Shown here: positions 14,931 through 28,160 of the stretch, in pieces | How the letters are laid out: every line of letters begins with the position of its first letter | Numbering within the stretch: position 1 is the stretch's first letter | Assembly: GCA_951406725.2 (NCBI GenBank) | Contig: OX597827.1 | Span: forward strand, 28,148,001-28,212,000 | DNA from: Octopus vulgaris | Lineage: Eukaryota | Length of the DNA stretch: 64,000 bases | Reading direction: 5' to 3' | The notes under the pieces: model-generated | Database searches by the model: none | Told to the model about the DNA's origin: nothing | Seen by the model: the letters and a program-made list of their open reading frames with translations, nothing else | Position numbers and translations under genes: made by a program

Positions 14931-15499
14931 AATTATTCTCCCTTGTCTCTGTAATGTCCCGCTTCATTCGGCGCCCTTCAAACAGACGAAAGAACTAATT
15001 ACTCCTTTGTAGGGCGAATGGATGGAGTAACAAGCAGAGCGGCGTCTAGAGCGCATTATCGTATTGAGTTACGCCCCTTCGAATTTCATCGCTGAAATAC
15101 CACTAATTGCAATTTCACCTTTTATAATTCTCGGAGCATTAAAACAAATACCAGCCAAATATTGCGAGATTAAAAACGTTGCGGCAATTATACCCAACCA
15201 ATATATGCCCCACCAATGTACCCGACTATAACTTTTTTGTTTTGTTTTGTTGCTGTTTTGTTATTGGAACATTCTGTACTGATTTATATATTTCGGGTCT
15301 CGGTCGCTTACATATTTAAATTCCATTAGTTATGGTATGTAACAGACTTGGTGCCTACTTTACCCACCCACCCCTCCATCTCCCATTATCCCCCTCAACC
15401 TCACCCCAACCCTCTCTGCATTCAATTTCATTTACTACCCTTTCCTCACCAAACTGCTTACACCCGTTTTAATTTTCAAACTGTTTTATTTCTTCATTT

Positions 15500-15524
15500 T
15501 CGTTTTACTCCTTTCTTTCTTTTT

Positions 15525-15576
<52 letters not shown>

Positions 15577-15890
15577 TCATTCTTTGTTTCTTTCTTTCTT
15601 TATTTATTTTTATCCTTTTCTTTTTCTCTTTCTTTCTTTTTCTTTCTTTCTTTTCCATTTCCTTCTTTTCCTTCTTTCTTTCTTCCCTCTTTCCTTCTTC
15701 CTTCATTTCTTTCTTCTTTTCTTTCTTTTATCTTTCTTTCTTACGTTGTTTCTTTCTTCTCTTCTTCCTTTCTTCCCTTCTTCCTTTCTTCCCTTCTTCT
15801 TCCTTCTTCTTCCTTCCTTTCTTCCCTCCTTCCTTTCTTTCTTTTTCCTTCTTTTTCCTTCCTTCCTTCCTGTTTTCCTTTCTTCTTAAT
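15500..15890. repeat. Polypyrimidine (TTTC/TTCC) low-complexity tract
   Basis: Direct sequence. Confidence 0.9.
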
Positions 15891-16499
15891 TCCTCTCATT
15901 CATCATCGGTGTTAGAGGACCACAAAGATGTGATGTTTTCGACGACATTTCCATTTCAGCCGATTACGATAATTTTTTTTTTATTTTCTTCCTCTTCATG
16001 AAACCTCTCCTCATCTTATGTTGACAAAACCCAGCCCATGGCATCGGACATCACCCCTCCTAACTCCAATCTCAATCTCTCCGCACAAAATACCAAATAA
16101 ATAGTAATAATAATAATAATAATGATAATAATAATAATAGTAATAATAATAATAATGATGATGATGATTTCTTTAATAACCACAAGGGTTTACATTAAGA
16201 AAAGCATTATGGGCAGAACAGGACAAAACAAAGAATGTATGTGTGTAAATAATTTCGTTATCTGCCACCAGGGCGGCGGATATAGAGTGTGGGGACTTAC
16301 ATAAATGAAATATAAAGAAGTATAAATGATATACAATATTAACAAACAAAAAGAGAATGATGATCGTAATAATGATAATGAAACAAAAAAAAAATCATAA
16401 GAAGAAAAAGAGGGTGGGGAAGGAAAATGAAAAAACGATAAAAGAAAATAAACAAAATCTCAAAAACATATATTAATAAAAAAAATAGTCTTCAAAAAC

Positions 16500-16770
16500 A
16501 AAAGATGGCGTGACCACGTGATCCGTGACATCGACATAGGCATGTCTTTCATTCACATTTGAAGGTCAAAGGAGTTATGGTGGTGGTGGTGGTGGTGGTG
16601 GAGAAGCGGTGTTGGAGGTGGCGGCGCGGCAGATAATTAAAGTAGATGCTACCATTTCAAGAATGACCTTGATTATTTCGCCATCCATCATCGATTCAGC
16701 AAATGCAGAAAAGATGCAAAATTCGTAAATGTTTGATACACTATCACAAACTGTTTTGGCGTCCATTACA
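16500..16770. promoter_or_regulatory. Candidate cis-regulatory island
   Basis: Non-repetitive segment with AAGATGGCG, CACGTG, AGGCATGTCT, AAGGTCA and TGACCTTGA; motif matches only. Confidence 0.25.
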
Positions 16771-17214
16771 GAGAAAAAGAGAAGGAGAGAGAGAAAGAAA
16801 GAGAGGGAGAGAGAAGGAGAGAGAGAGACTGACAGACAGACAGAGACAGAAAGACGGAGAGAGATGCAGACACAGAAATATTTGCTCGTTCTTAATGTCT
16901 TTTATTTCAAAAATTTGACCTTCATTCTTCCATAAACATTCCGTTTGCCTTCTCTCCTCGCCCTGTTTCTCTCGCTCCACCCGTCCGAGTGTGGGTGCAT
17001 CTTTCAGTATGACAGATTCTGATTATCAAACATACATTTCTCACCCCCACCCAGAATGGTGACTGAATGCATGAAACTAAATATATATACATTTAGGCGC
17101 ATCATTTTCGAATACATACACTGAGCACACTCAAGTATTTTATATATGTGTGTATGTGTTTGCGTGTGTGTGACTATGTGTGTGCATCTATACATACATA
17201 CATACATACATACA

Positions 17215-17247
<33 letters not shown>

Positions 17248-17248
<1 letters not shown>

Positions 17249-17765
17249 ACTTAATGTAGGATTTTTTTTTTTTTTTCGGGAAAAAAAATTTTATCAATGG
17301 CCAGCATATCAAAAAATACCTTTAAAGGTTAAATTTATAAATAATTTACAAGATAAGGGTAAAAGAAAAATTCTAATGCCAAATATGCCGAAAAAAAGAC
17401 AAGACTTTTCAATAACCGTTATAATTTATGCGTCTCGAAACAAACCGATAGAAATCTCTAAAAAATTCGTTATTACCGTATTGGTCCAATTTCGGGGTTA
17501 ATTAATAAATTTTTCCCTCTTCAGCGGCAAATACGCGAGATATAAATGAAATACTTACTCATACCCATGGAAAAAGCAAGCACCAAGTCCAGAGCAGACC
17601 TAAGTACCCCAAATATATCCAAAATAGAAAAATCTTCGGCACATCTCGAGAGACACGTATGATTCGAACTAGAAACTTTCACAGAATGAGAGAATCCAGA
17701 AGTGAAACACTATTCAATTTATAACTAATGTAGGATAAAATTATTTTTGTTTCGGGAAAAAATTT
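17248..17765. repeat. Unclassified repeat with terminal direct repeat, in (TA)n; related to 54440-54785
   Basis: aact(t)aatgtagga..tttcgggaaaaaa at about 17248 and 17723; aaatacctttaaaggtt..aaaagaaaaatt..atgccaa is shared with 54466-54535. Confidence 0.55.
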
Positions 17766-17850
17766 ATATATATATATATATAAATTTTATTTCGTAATGA
17801 GATAAAAAAAACCAAGGCTGTGTAGATTTTAGAACATTTATAGATAGAAA

Positions 17851-17898
17851 ATTTTACAGTTGTTTCCAGGATATTTATTATATCCCTTCATCGGAGAC
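17851..17898 (-). ncRNA. Degenerate type I hammerhead (CCGAUGA variant) in a Penelope-like terminal repeat fragment
   Basis: GTCT-CCGATGA-A-GGGATAT-AATAA-ATATCCT-G-GAAAC-AACT-GTA; stem I is decayed. Confidence 0.5.
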
Positions 17899-18027
17899 GG
17901 TGTGACAGGATGGTTAAGAAACAGTTAATTTAGATAAGGTATAATATAGACAGTGAGGAGGAGGAAATAAAGGAAAATAGATGCGGTCCATCTATAGCAC
18001 TTATTCATCATTATCTGACACCATTAC

Positions 18028-18067
<40 letters not shown>

Positions 18068-18068
<1 letters not shown>

Positions 18069-18179
18069 CCACATGGTCCCCAGTTCAGTCCCACTGCGTG
18101 GCAACTTGAGCAAGTGTCTTCTACAATAGCCTCGGGCCGACCGAAGCCTTGTGAGTGGATTTGGTTGACGTAAAGCAAA

Positions 18180-18244
<65 letters not shown>

Positions 18245-18520
18245 ATATATATGTATGTATGTATGTATGTATATATATGTATGTATGTATACATATATAT
18301 GTATGTGTGTGCATGTTTGTGTGTCGGTGCTTCCCCACCATCACTTGACAACTGATGTTGATGTGTTCACGTCCCCGTTTCTAGCGGTTCGGCAAAAGAC
18401 ACCGACAGAATAAGTCCTAGGCTTACAAAGAATAAGTCATGAGGTCTATTTGTTCGACTAAAGACGGTGCTTCAGCATGGTCGCAGTCAAATGACTAAAA
18501 CAAACAAAACAGCAAAAGAA
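18068..18520 (+). mobile_element. SINE family B
   Basis: gttcagtcccactgcgtggcaacttgagcaagtgtcttctac ... gcatggtcgcagtcaaatgactaaaac. Confidence 0.85.
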
Positions 18521-18533
18521 TATATATATATAC

Positions 18534-21239
18534 GTTGGTCTTTACAGGCCTCCCCAGGCACCTCTAAAGTACTTTGAAGAGTGCCTTAGCAAAGTCAAGT
18601 CCTTCCTTCGGAAGTACCACTCCGGAAACATACTAGTGATGGGTGATTTTAACCTCCCTCATGTGAACTGGCCCACAAATACTCTGAAGTTAGGCAAGTG
18701 CTCTACATCAGATAGAACAGCAGCAGAACTGCTCTTTAATCTGATGGATGAGTATTTCCTGACTCAGCTAGAGATTGAACCAACGAGACAGAATAAAACG
18801 ATCTTGGATCTGGCATTGACCAATCACTCTAGCTTCGTTCACAGTATTTCAGTCGAAAAAACTCTCCTAGGACACCACGACATGGTACTCTGCAATCTTA
18901 ATTCCCGACATATAAAAACCAAACCAGCCAATCCCACTCCATGGCACCTATTTGACAACATAAACTTCCACAAAGCGGACTGGGGAGCAATCAGAAAGGA
19001 TCTGTCTTCCATCGACTGGTCTTTTACTCTCAATTCCTCCCATATTGAGACCGCGTGGCAGCACTTTGAAAACATTGTCACCTATACATGCTCTAAACAC
19101 GCTCCCAAGAAATCTACTAACACAAACAGAAACCGGCTCCCCAAAAAGAAAAAAAAAACACTCATCAGGCGCATCAAAACACTCAACAAAAAAATCAACC
19201 AATTAAAATATTCCCACACACAACATCCACATTCAACAACAATGAAAAGACTAGAGCTGGAAAAACTTCATCTGCAGACCAACATGAAAACCTCCATTGA
19301 AGATAAAAGAGCTGTGGAGGAACAATGGGTAATCAAAAACAACAAACAGAACCCAAAAGTGTTCTATTCTTATGCAAATAAGTATAGAACCACTGTCTCA
19401 CCCATTGGGCCATTGATTAATGATAACGGCATTCCCCAACACGATGCTAAAGAAATGGCAGAAATACTGCAGAAACAATACTGCTCTGTCTTTAGTGTTC
19501 CCACTGATATTGACGTAAGGGAAACGAACGAAGTTGACTCCCAACACAAAATATCAGACATAACCTTCACTGCCACCGACATCGTAGCAGCAATAAATGA
19601 GGTCAAATACTACTCTGCTGTAGGCCCTGATAGATTTCTCGCTAGTCTCCTGAAGGAATGTAGATACCAACTTGCAGTCCCTCTGACTAACCTCTGGAGA
19701 AATTCGTTAGACGCAGGTTATATACCGAAACAGTTTCTATCCCAGTCGGTCATCCCGGTTTTCAAACAGGGAAACAGATCCCTCGCACTCAACTATCGCC
19801 CAATCTCACTCACCTCCTACATCATTAAAGTGTTTGAAAGAGTGTTAAGATCAAGGATAGCTAACTTCCTGGAGACTCACAAACTCCTAAATGCAAATCA
19901 GCATGGCTTTCGCTGTGGCAGGGACTGTCTAACACAGCTCTTACACCACATTGAAGATGTACTCAAAGCCTAGGGAACAGGTTCGAACTCTGACGTCATA
20001 TATCTTGACTTCAGTAAAGCGTTCGACAGGGTAGACCATAACATCCTACTCTCAAAATTGGCAAACGTTGGAATCCGTGGAAAAGTTCTACACTGGATTA
20101 AGTATTTCCTGGCGAATAGAACACAACATGTTGTAGTTGATGGAGTCCACTCAAACCCAGCAAAAGTCACCAGCGGTGTTCCCCAGGGAACTGTTTTGGG
20201 TCCGCTACTCTTCATAATTTACGTAAACGACCTTTCCAGTGTCGTACATTACTGCAAAGTGAAAATATTTGCTGATGACACTAAGCTCCAGCAAATCGTC
20301 AATGAAGAAGCAGACCGAACTCAACTCCAGTCTGATCTATATGCTGTGAGTCAATGGGCAGACAGAAACAAAATGCAAGTGAATGAGGGAAAATTTGAGC
20401 TGATGCATTTTGGAAGAAATTCCTCACTAAAACAATCATACTCTCTTCCTTGAGGGAACCGCTCACAGCCTCTAACAATATCAGAGACCTGGGTGTAATT
20501 GTTGATGACGATCTCAGTTGGGGTGCACACATCAACAAGAAGGTCGATATAGCTCGTAGGATGAGTTCCTGGATCTTAAGAACTTTCCGGTCCAGAGAAC
20601 AAGGTGTCATCATACCACTATTTTCCTCCTTTGTACGGCCACACCTTGAATACTGCTGCCCACTGTGGTCTCCTCACACAAGACAAAACATCTCAGAATT
20701 GAGTCACCCAAGAGGGCACTCGCTAAACAAATTGAAGGCATGGCTGCTCTCGATTATTGGGATCGCCTTAAAGCCTTGAAACTTTACTCCCTCCAGCGTC
20801 GACGTGAGCGGTACATCATTTGTACGATGTGGAAAATATACCGCCAACTTTGCCCAAACGACCTAAACATTAGCTTCAAGGTTCATCCAAGACTTGGACC
20901 ACGGGCTATACGTCCCCCACCCAATTCAAGATCACAACATACATGTACACTGCAACATAATTTCTTTTCTTCAACAAGCCCTGCCCTATTTAACATTGTC
21001 CCGAGGGAGATCAAAGAGGAAAAGGATCCCATCAACTTTAAACGGAGTCTGGATAGATTCCTTCAAAGAATACCAGATAAGCCACCCATAATTGGATACC
21101 ATTTACCCAACAAGAACTCACTACTTGAACAAAACTTGACTTAAACAGGATTCGAATAATCCTATCAGGTGGTGCTATTAAGTTAGACATGGCCTGGACC
21201 AATCTTTGGTCGAAACATATCTAAGTTTATCTAAGTCTA

Positions 21240-21243
<4 letters not shown>
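18534..21243 (+). mobile_element. CR1-group LINE ORF2 (APE C-terminal half plus full RT), 5'-truncated pseudogene
   Basis: YRPP, MGDFN, PTR..ILDL, NYRPISLTS, QHGFR, LDFSKAFD, SGVPQGTVLGPLLF, FADD, RPHLEYCCPLWSP; TAG at 19971, frameshifts near 20450 and 20700; (TCTAAG)n tail. Confidence 0.95.
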
Positions 21244-21310
<67 letters not shown>

Positions 21311-22015
21311 GTATGTGCGTGTGTGTGTGTGTGTGTGTACATGTATTTTTGAGCTTATACGAAACGAGGAGATAAGAGAGAGATGAGATGAGAGGAAAGA
21401 TTTTATTCCGTTCGTTTACAACTATAATAATTACGATAGTTAGGTAATAGATAGTGTATCAACGATGGCGCGAATGAAATAACATACACATAAATATATA
21501 TATATATGCTTATACACACACACACATATATGTATATGTATATATATATGTATATATATATATATGTATATGTATATATATGTGTGTGTGTGTGTATGAA
21601 AGTATATTGTATATATGTATATATGTGAAAGTATATATGTGTGTATGAAATCTGTTAGTATAAACTTTTGCCGTATATTTTCCTCTGTGTCTGATAAACA
21701 CAATACGGTATGATATGAGAACTCTGTTGACAGATCACTAAATATGTTTTGTACGACTCTAATTGACTGCTAATTGACGTTGAAAAATGTGATGTCACAA
21801 ATTCTCTCTGTCTCTACTTAGACGTACACAAACACACATACACGCACGCACACATACGTAAGCACGCACTCGCATATAGCTACAACTTTTAAGCGTAGTA
21901 ACATCTAGACACTTACTGATGCCATTAATCTGTATACTTTGCAAAGTCAAATTTATTATGAAGATCGAGTTGACTAGGAATTAAAATGTAACCTAAACTA
22001 TATATGTGTATAAAC

Positions 22016-22073
<58 letters not shown>

Positions 22074-22614
22074 AAGAAGGGGAGAGAGAGAAAGACAGAC
22101 AGATAGACAGATATATAGATGAATAGCTTCGAGTAAACCATTGGTTCGTTTTGTTCTCTTACTTTATTATCATCTTATAATCATGTCATAATAATGACCT
22201 TTATGACTCGTATTACTACCTCAGTCAATCTAATTGTATATATTTATCGCTACCTGTCATAAATAGCCTTTTTCTATTTGCAATATGCATTTTCGTTGAT
22301 TTTTCATATTTTACCTTTACATTTCCACGTGTATTTTATATTTTCTTTTCGTAACATATTTCTACTATATATATATATATATATATATAAGAAATATTGA
22401 ATTTCTAATCTCTCGTAGAGACATGTACGGTGGTGGGGCGATAGAATAGTTGTATACTGTCAATCTAACAAGAACGTGACAGTAGGGGGTACACCACCGC
22501 TGTATAGCCCTAGGAAGCATCGAACGCCTCATGATAGCTTTGACACATTTTTTCCCTGTGTCCTTATATACATATACGAAGGGGAGACAAACACCCCCGG
22601 CCGCCGGAACTGCA

Positions 22615-22660
22615 TCTAGGGACACCGTGTTTCAGGATCATTGTCCTTCATCGGCCTAGA
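22615..22660 (-). ncRNA. Type I hammerhead ribozyme (CCGAUGA core variant)
   Basis: Exact reverse complement of 23028-23073. Confidence 0.75.
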
Positions 22661-23027
22661 GTAGCAGACACCGGTCAGCTGGTGATATTTGCCTCGACTT
22701 CGTAATTGTATATATGTAAACTCAGTGAAGTCTATTCACTGATTATCAAAATAAGAAATATTGAATTTCTAAATCTCTCGTAGAGACATGTACGGTGGTG
22801 GGGCGATAGAATGGTTGTATACTGTCAATCTAACAAGAACGTGACAGTAGGGGGTACACCACCGCTGTATAGCCCTAGGAAGCATCGAACGCCTCCTGAT
22901 AGCTTTGACACATTTTTTCCCTGTGTCCTTATATACATATACGAATCAGTGAATAGACTTCACTGAGTTTACATATATACAATTACGAAGTCGAGGCAAA
23001 TATCACCAGCTGACCGGTGTCTGCTAC

Positions 23028-23073
23028 TCTAGGCCGATGAAGGACAATGATCCTGAAACACGGTGTCCCTAGA
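23028..23073 (+). ncRNA. Type I hammerhead ribozyme (CCGAUGA core variant)
   Basis: TCTAGG-CCGATGA-AGGA-CAATGA-TCCT-GAA-ACA-CGG-TGT-C-CCTAGA; all three stems are Watson-Crick, GUC cleavage triplet. Confidence 0.75.
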
Positions 23074-23239
23074 TGCAGTTCCGGCGGCCGGGGGTGTTTG
23101 TCTCCCCTTCGTATATGTATATAAGGACACAGGGAAAAATGTGTCAAAGCTATCAGGAGGCGTTCGATGCTTCCTAGGGCTATACAGCGGTGGTGTACCC
23201 CCTACTGTCACGTTCTTGTTAGATTGACAGTATACAACC

Positions 23240-23297
<58 letters not shown>

Positions 23298-23473
23298 TAA
23301 ATAGACAGACAGATAAATGAGTAATGTATGTATGCATGTAAATATTTATATGCAAAAATAAGAGCACATATACGTAACTGCATATATATATATATGTATA
23401 TATATGTATATATATATGTATATGTATATATATATAAATATATATATATACACACACTCACACACACACACAT

Positions 23474-23525
<52 letters not shown>

Positions 23526-23531
23526 ATAATA

Positions 23532-23853
23532 GGCACTCCGTCTGTTGCGACGACGCGGGCTCCAGTTGGTCCGATCAAGGGAACAAACTGCTCGTGAAAT
23601 TAACGTGCAAGTGGCTGAGTATGAGACCGACACGTGTAACCCTTAACGTAGTTCTCAAGGATATTCAACCTGATACGTAATGTGGCAAGGCTGGACCCTT
23701 TGAATTACATGTACTACTCATTTCTGCCATGTGAGTGGAATGGAGTAACGTGAAATAAAGTGTCTTGCGTAAGGACGCAACGCGCCGCCAGAAATCGAAC
23801 TGTCGACCTTAGATCGTGAATCGATTACGCTAACCACTAAACCATGCGCCTTC
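23532..23853 (-). mobile_element. tRNA-SINE sharing its 3' half with family C
   Basis: A box tggtttagtgg, B box agttcgattt, tail cacgttaatttcacgagcag..gacggagtgcc. Confidence 0.8.
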
Positions 23854-24563
23854 ATATATAATACACACACACACGTACTTATGTGGGTTTAAAGATGCTT
23901 GAAGTATATTTGAACTGTAAGAAGTTCGTATTCATATATATATATAAACACGGATTTTTTTATACAGCCATATATACATGGATATAAACACATATATACA
24001 TACATACATACATATACACAGATTCGTAGATACATATATACACATATTCATACATACATACATACATATATACATACATACATATATACACAGATTCGTA
24101 CATACATACATACATACATACATACATAAACGCAAACACGCTTTCCTGTTTTAAAGTTCACGAAAACAGCCAGAGAACCGACCAACTTCTATTTCTCTTG
24201 TCCTGCGTACAACGCTTCCTTCTCTCAGAAGCGATGTCTGTCTGAATGGAATGTAAATAAACAAACGACTTTAGCAAAAAGCATGAAGATAGTGAGAGAG
24301 ATAGCGATGGCTTAAAATAATATTAAGAATCCAGATTTGTCGCTTTCGTCTACATAGATCGGCTATCCACGAATTTCATGTTTTTCTTTATTTTCTTTTG
24401 TCTCGCTCACTTTTACTTGTTTCTGCTATTGGAGCACGGTCAAGCTGCAGCTCCGTCTCGTGTGGTTCTTAGTTGATTGTATGTGCAGTACTTTTCTTAG
24501 AATTATCGACCAGTGTTAGTGAGGTTACGAAATGCAAACAGACTTTCGGTTGCGAGTTATGTA

Positions 24564-25378
24564 ACTCTTTTCTACCCTAAGTACAAGGCCAGAAATTTTG
24601 GGGGAGGGGGGACAGTCGATTAGATCAACTCCAGTACACAACTGGTACTTAATGTTTCGACCCCGAAAGGATGAAATGTAAAGTCAACCTCTGCGGTATT
24701 TGAACTCAGAACGCAAAGACAGACGAAACACCGCGAAGCATTTCGTCCTGCGTGATAACGTTTCTTATCTCTTTATTGCCCACAAGGGGCTAAACATAGA
24801 GGGGACAAACAAGGACTGACAAAAGAATTAAGTCGATTACATCGACCACAGTGTGTAACTGGTACTTAATTTATCGACCCCGAAAGGATGACAGGCAAAA
24901 ATCAACCTCGGCGGAATTTGAACTCAGAAGCATTTCGTCCGGCGCCCTACCGTTTCTGCCAGCTCGCCGCCTTAAGGGTTATGTAACTCTGTCGAATAAT
25001 GAATACCGTTGGTCATTTTCCGCTCAGATGTATCGGTTTTTATCCACTCCATACCGATATAAACGTGATACTCATACACACATATGCACTGACATTTGCA
25101 CACACACACTCACACACACATTGTGTCTGTGAGTGCGTGCACATATGTAAGTTTACTATCAAACCATTTGACATTTTGGCACAGAGCAGCAATTTAGCGG
25201 GAGGGAGCAGTTAAGTTCATCGACCTCAGTGTTCAATTGGTTCTTATTTCATCGATCCCGAAAGGGCAAAAATCAAAGTCGACTCGAACGAAATTTGAAC
25301 TGCAAACGCAAAGACGAATGAAATGGCGCTAAGCATTTTACCCGGCGCTCTAACGATTCTGCCACCTCACCGCTTTAC
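24564..25378 (-). mobile_element. SINE family A copies
   Basis: Reverse-complement core cgaccccgaaaggatga / aatttgaactcagaa, repeated. Confidence 0.8.
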
Positions 25379-25764
25379 CGTTTACTATAGTTTAGCATTG
25401 CATCATACAACTCTTCTCTGATAATTTGAAATACAGGGCACATCTTTTTTAAATATAAACATACAATGTTAGCTTGCCGTGAAAATTAAACAAAGTAGCT
25501 CGTATTTGTATGCTTGAGTGAAACAAGAGAACCTACTATGACTCCGTAGAGATAACGAGTTTTCTGTGATTATGCAAGCAACAAATTTAAAGAACTTACT
25601 AAATGATGAAGAAAGAAGATACCAAGGAGATGGCCACCACCTCATAACTTGAATGTCTACAATGCAGACGGAATATGAGACTGAATATGTTTCTTTGCGA
25701 TCAGTTCAGACTTAAGATAAATACTGACCACAATAATACAGTTGGTAATATTTCTTGTGGAGGT

Positions 25765-26735
25765 AAAGCGGCGAGCTGGCAGAAACGTTAGCATCCCCGG
25801 GTGAAATGCTTAGCAGTATTTCGCCCGTCGCCATGTTCTGAGTTCAAATTCCGCTGAGGTCGACTTTGCCTTTCATCCTTTCGGAGGTCGATAAATTAAG
25901 TACCAGTTGCGTACTGGGGTCGATCTAATCGACTGGCCCCCTCCCCTAAAATTTCGGACCTTGTGCCTAGAGAAGAAAAGAATATTTCTTGTGGAGGCCT
26001 AGTGTTTAGAGCAGCGGTCTCACGGTCGAGGGATCGCGTGTTCGAATCTCAGACCGATTGATGTGTGTGTTTATGAGCGAAACACTTAAGCTCCACGCGG
26101 CTCCAGCATAAGGTAATGCTGAACTCCTGCTGAGTCTTTCGCCACACCTTTCTCTCATTCTTTCCTCCTGCATCTAACAGCTCACCTGTGACGGACCGGT
26201 GACCCGTCCAGGTGGGGAAGCTATACGCCACTGAAACTGGGAAACAGGCCCGTATGAACCAAGCATGGCTCGAGAAGGAACAAACAAGAACAACAACATT
26301 TCTTGATGTTAAGGCGACGAGCTGACAGAATCGTTAGTAAAGCGGGCGAAATACTTAACGTTGTGTAGTCTTTGCATTCTGAGTTGAAATCCTGCCAAGA
26401 TTGACTTTGCCTTTCTTCTTTTTAGCGTCGATAAAATAAGTACCAGTTGAGTATTGGTGTTGATGTAATCGACTCAACCCCTCCCGCGAAATTTCTGGCC
26501 TTGTACCAAAATTTGAAGCCAATATTCCTTGATATTAAGGTGGCGAGCTGGCAAAATCGTTAGAGCGCCGGAAAAAAGAAGCTTAGCGGCATTTCCTCCG
26601 TTTTTATGTCCTGCGTTCAAATTCCGCTGATGTCGTCTCAGCCTTTCATATATTCGGGGTCGATGAAATAAGAACCAGTTGAGCTCTGGGGCCGATGAAA
26701 TCAGCTTACTTTCTTTCCTAAACTTGCTAGCCTTG
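25765..26735 (+). mobile_element. Cluster: SINE A (25765-25986), SINE with family C head (25991-26290), SINE A x2 (26310-26735)
   Basis: Family motifs as above; aatatttcttg is duplicated around the first copy. Confidence 0.8.
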
Positions 26736-27354
26736 TGATGTGAATCTCAATTTAAATACATCCCTATATTTTCTTGTAAAGACCCTTACGCAAACGAGAT
26801 AATGCCCCAAAAATCCTAAACAACTTGAAATTCCAACAAATGGATAGAATAAAGAAATACATCTAGCGCCAAAAACTACTACTTTGTTTGTGGTCCCATA
26901 TATTTTTCTACCAAAAGGACTCGTTAACCTGTTTCATGGTTTCAGTTGACAAAGTATAAAAGGCGTTGTATCGGAGAATGGCGAAGGGGTTGCGCTGGAA
27001 CGGCAGCTCTGAGTCACAGGCTTTACACTTGCGGATAGCCATCTCCGACTAGATAACTGTGAGCAAGGAAGTAGTCGGTAGGGAAGGGTGAGAGAATGCT
27101 GGAGGCCTCAACTACCACAAGGCTCTACCACAAACCCTTTCAGAGACGGCCAAAGCTTTGATAGTTTGCCCTTCTCGGGTAGATGAATAGTGGAGCCTGG
27201 GCTGATAGCTGAACACACCAAGTTTCCGAAGGTGTAGCAATATATGGAAACCCGGTTGAGAGACCTACCACGATAGAAAGGGAAAATTGCCATACCGTCA
27301 GGTGTAGTCCATCTTGTTGCATTTTTTATTTCATTAAACCGTTCCTTACCATAC

Positions 27355-27744
27355 TTGTGGAGGCGCAATGGCCCAGTGGTTAGGGCAGCGGACTCGCGGT
27401 CGTAGGATCGCGGTTTCGATTCCCAGACCGGGCGTTGTGAGTGTTTATTGAGCGAAAACACCTAAAGCTCCACGAGGCTCCGGCAGGGGATGGTGGTGAT
27501 CTCTGCTGTACTCTTTCACCACAACCTTCTCTCACTCTTACTTCCTGTTTCTGTTGTACCTGTATTTCAAGGGGCCGGCCTTGTCACTCTCTGTGTCACG
27601 CTGAATATCCCCGAGAACTACGTTAAGGGTGCACGTGTCTGTGGAGTGCTCAGCCACTTACACGTTAATTTCACGAGCAGGCTGTTCCGTTGATTCGGAT
27701 CAACCGGAACCCTCGTCGTCGTAACCGACGGAGTGCTTCCATCA
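27355..27744 (+). mobile_element. Full-length tRNA-SINE family C with 12-bp TSD
   Basis: A box tggcccagtgg, B box gtttcgattcc; TSD tccttaccatac at 27343-27354 and 27745-27756. Confidence 0.9.
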
Positions 27745-27984
27745 TCCTTACCATACAGCAACAACCTAAGCTTTCCACTCCCGTTAGTACTAGTTGGTCA
27801 CCGTCCACTCAAGTAATTTCTTGACATCATGAGTCCGTCTTATTTCATGACTGAACTGCAAGGGTGCCGTCATGGCACCACGGCCTATATCTGCTGGAAT
27901 TCATCTCTCTCCATGTCTTACTGTGGTGCATTTCTTCTTCTTCTTCTTCTTCTTCTTCTTCTTCTTCTTCTTCTTCTTCTTCTT

Positions 27985-28022
<38 letters not shown>

Positions 28023-28104
28023 ACCAACGAGTATTATATTTATCGAGCCTGATGGGAAGAAAGTTTAAAGTTGATTCTTCGAGATATGAACTCGCATTGC
28101 AGCG

Positions 28105-28160
<56 letters not shown>

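Larger units (their letters stand above)
22387..23242. mobile_element. Non-coding 364-bp hammerhead-bearing unit (retrozyme/Penelope pLTR-like): 1.5 tandem copies plus an inverted copy
   Basis: Direct repeat starts at 22387 and 22751; inverted copy at 22944-23242; flanked by (TA)n. Confidence 0.85.

Noticed and set aside
16575-16766. 63-aa ORF MDAKTVC...PPPP
   Set aside because: No recognisable domain; the poly-P comes from (GGT)n; no splice support.
27359-27435. tRNA-like sequences (also 46276 and 56270-56343)
   Set aside because: No intact cloverleaf or acceptor stem, and they continue into repeat bodies; these are SINE heads, not tRNA genes.
26930-27900. GC-richer segment hosting SINE C, with ORF 27108-27461
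   Set aside because: Possibly an old LINE fragment, but I found no diagnostic motif.
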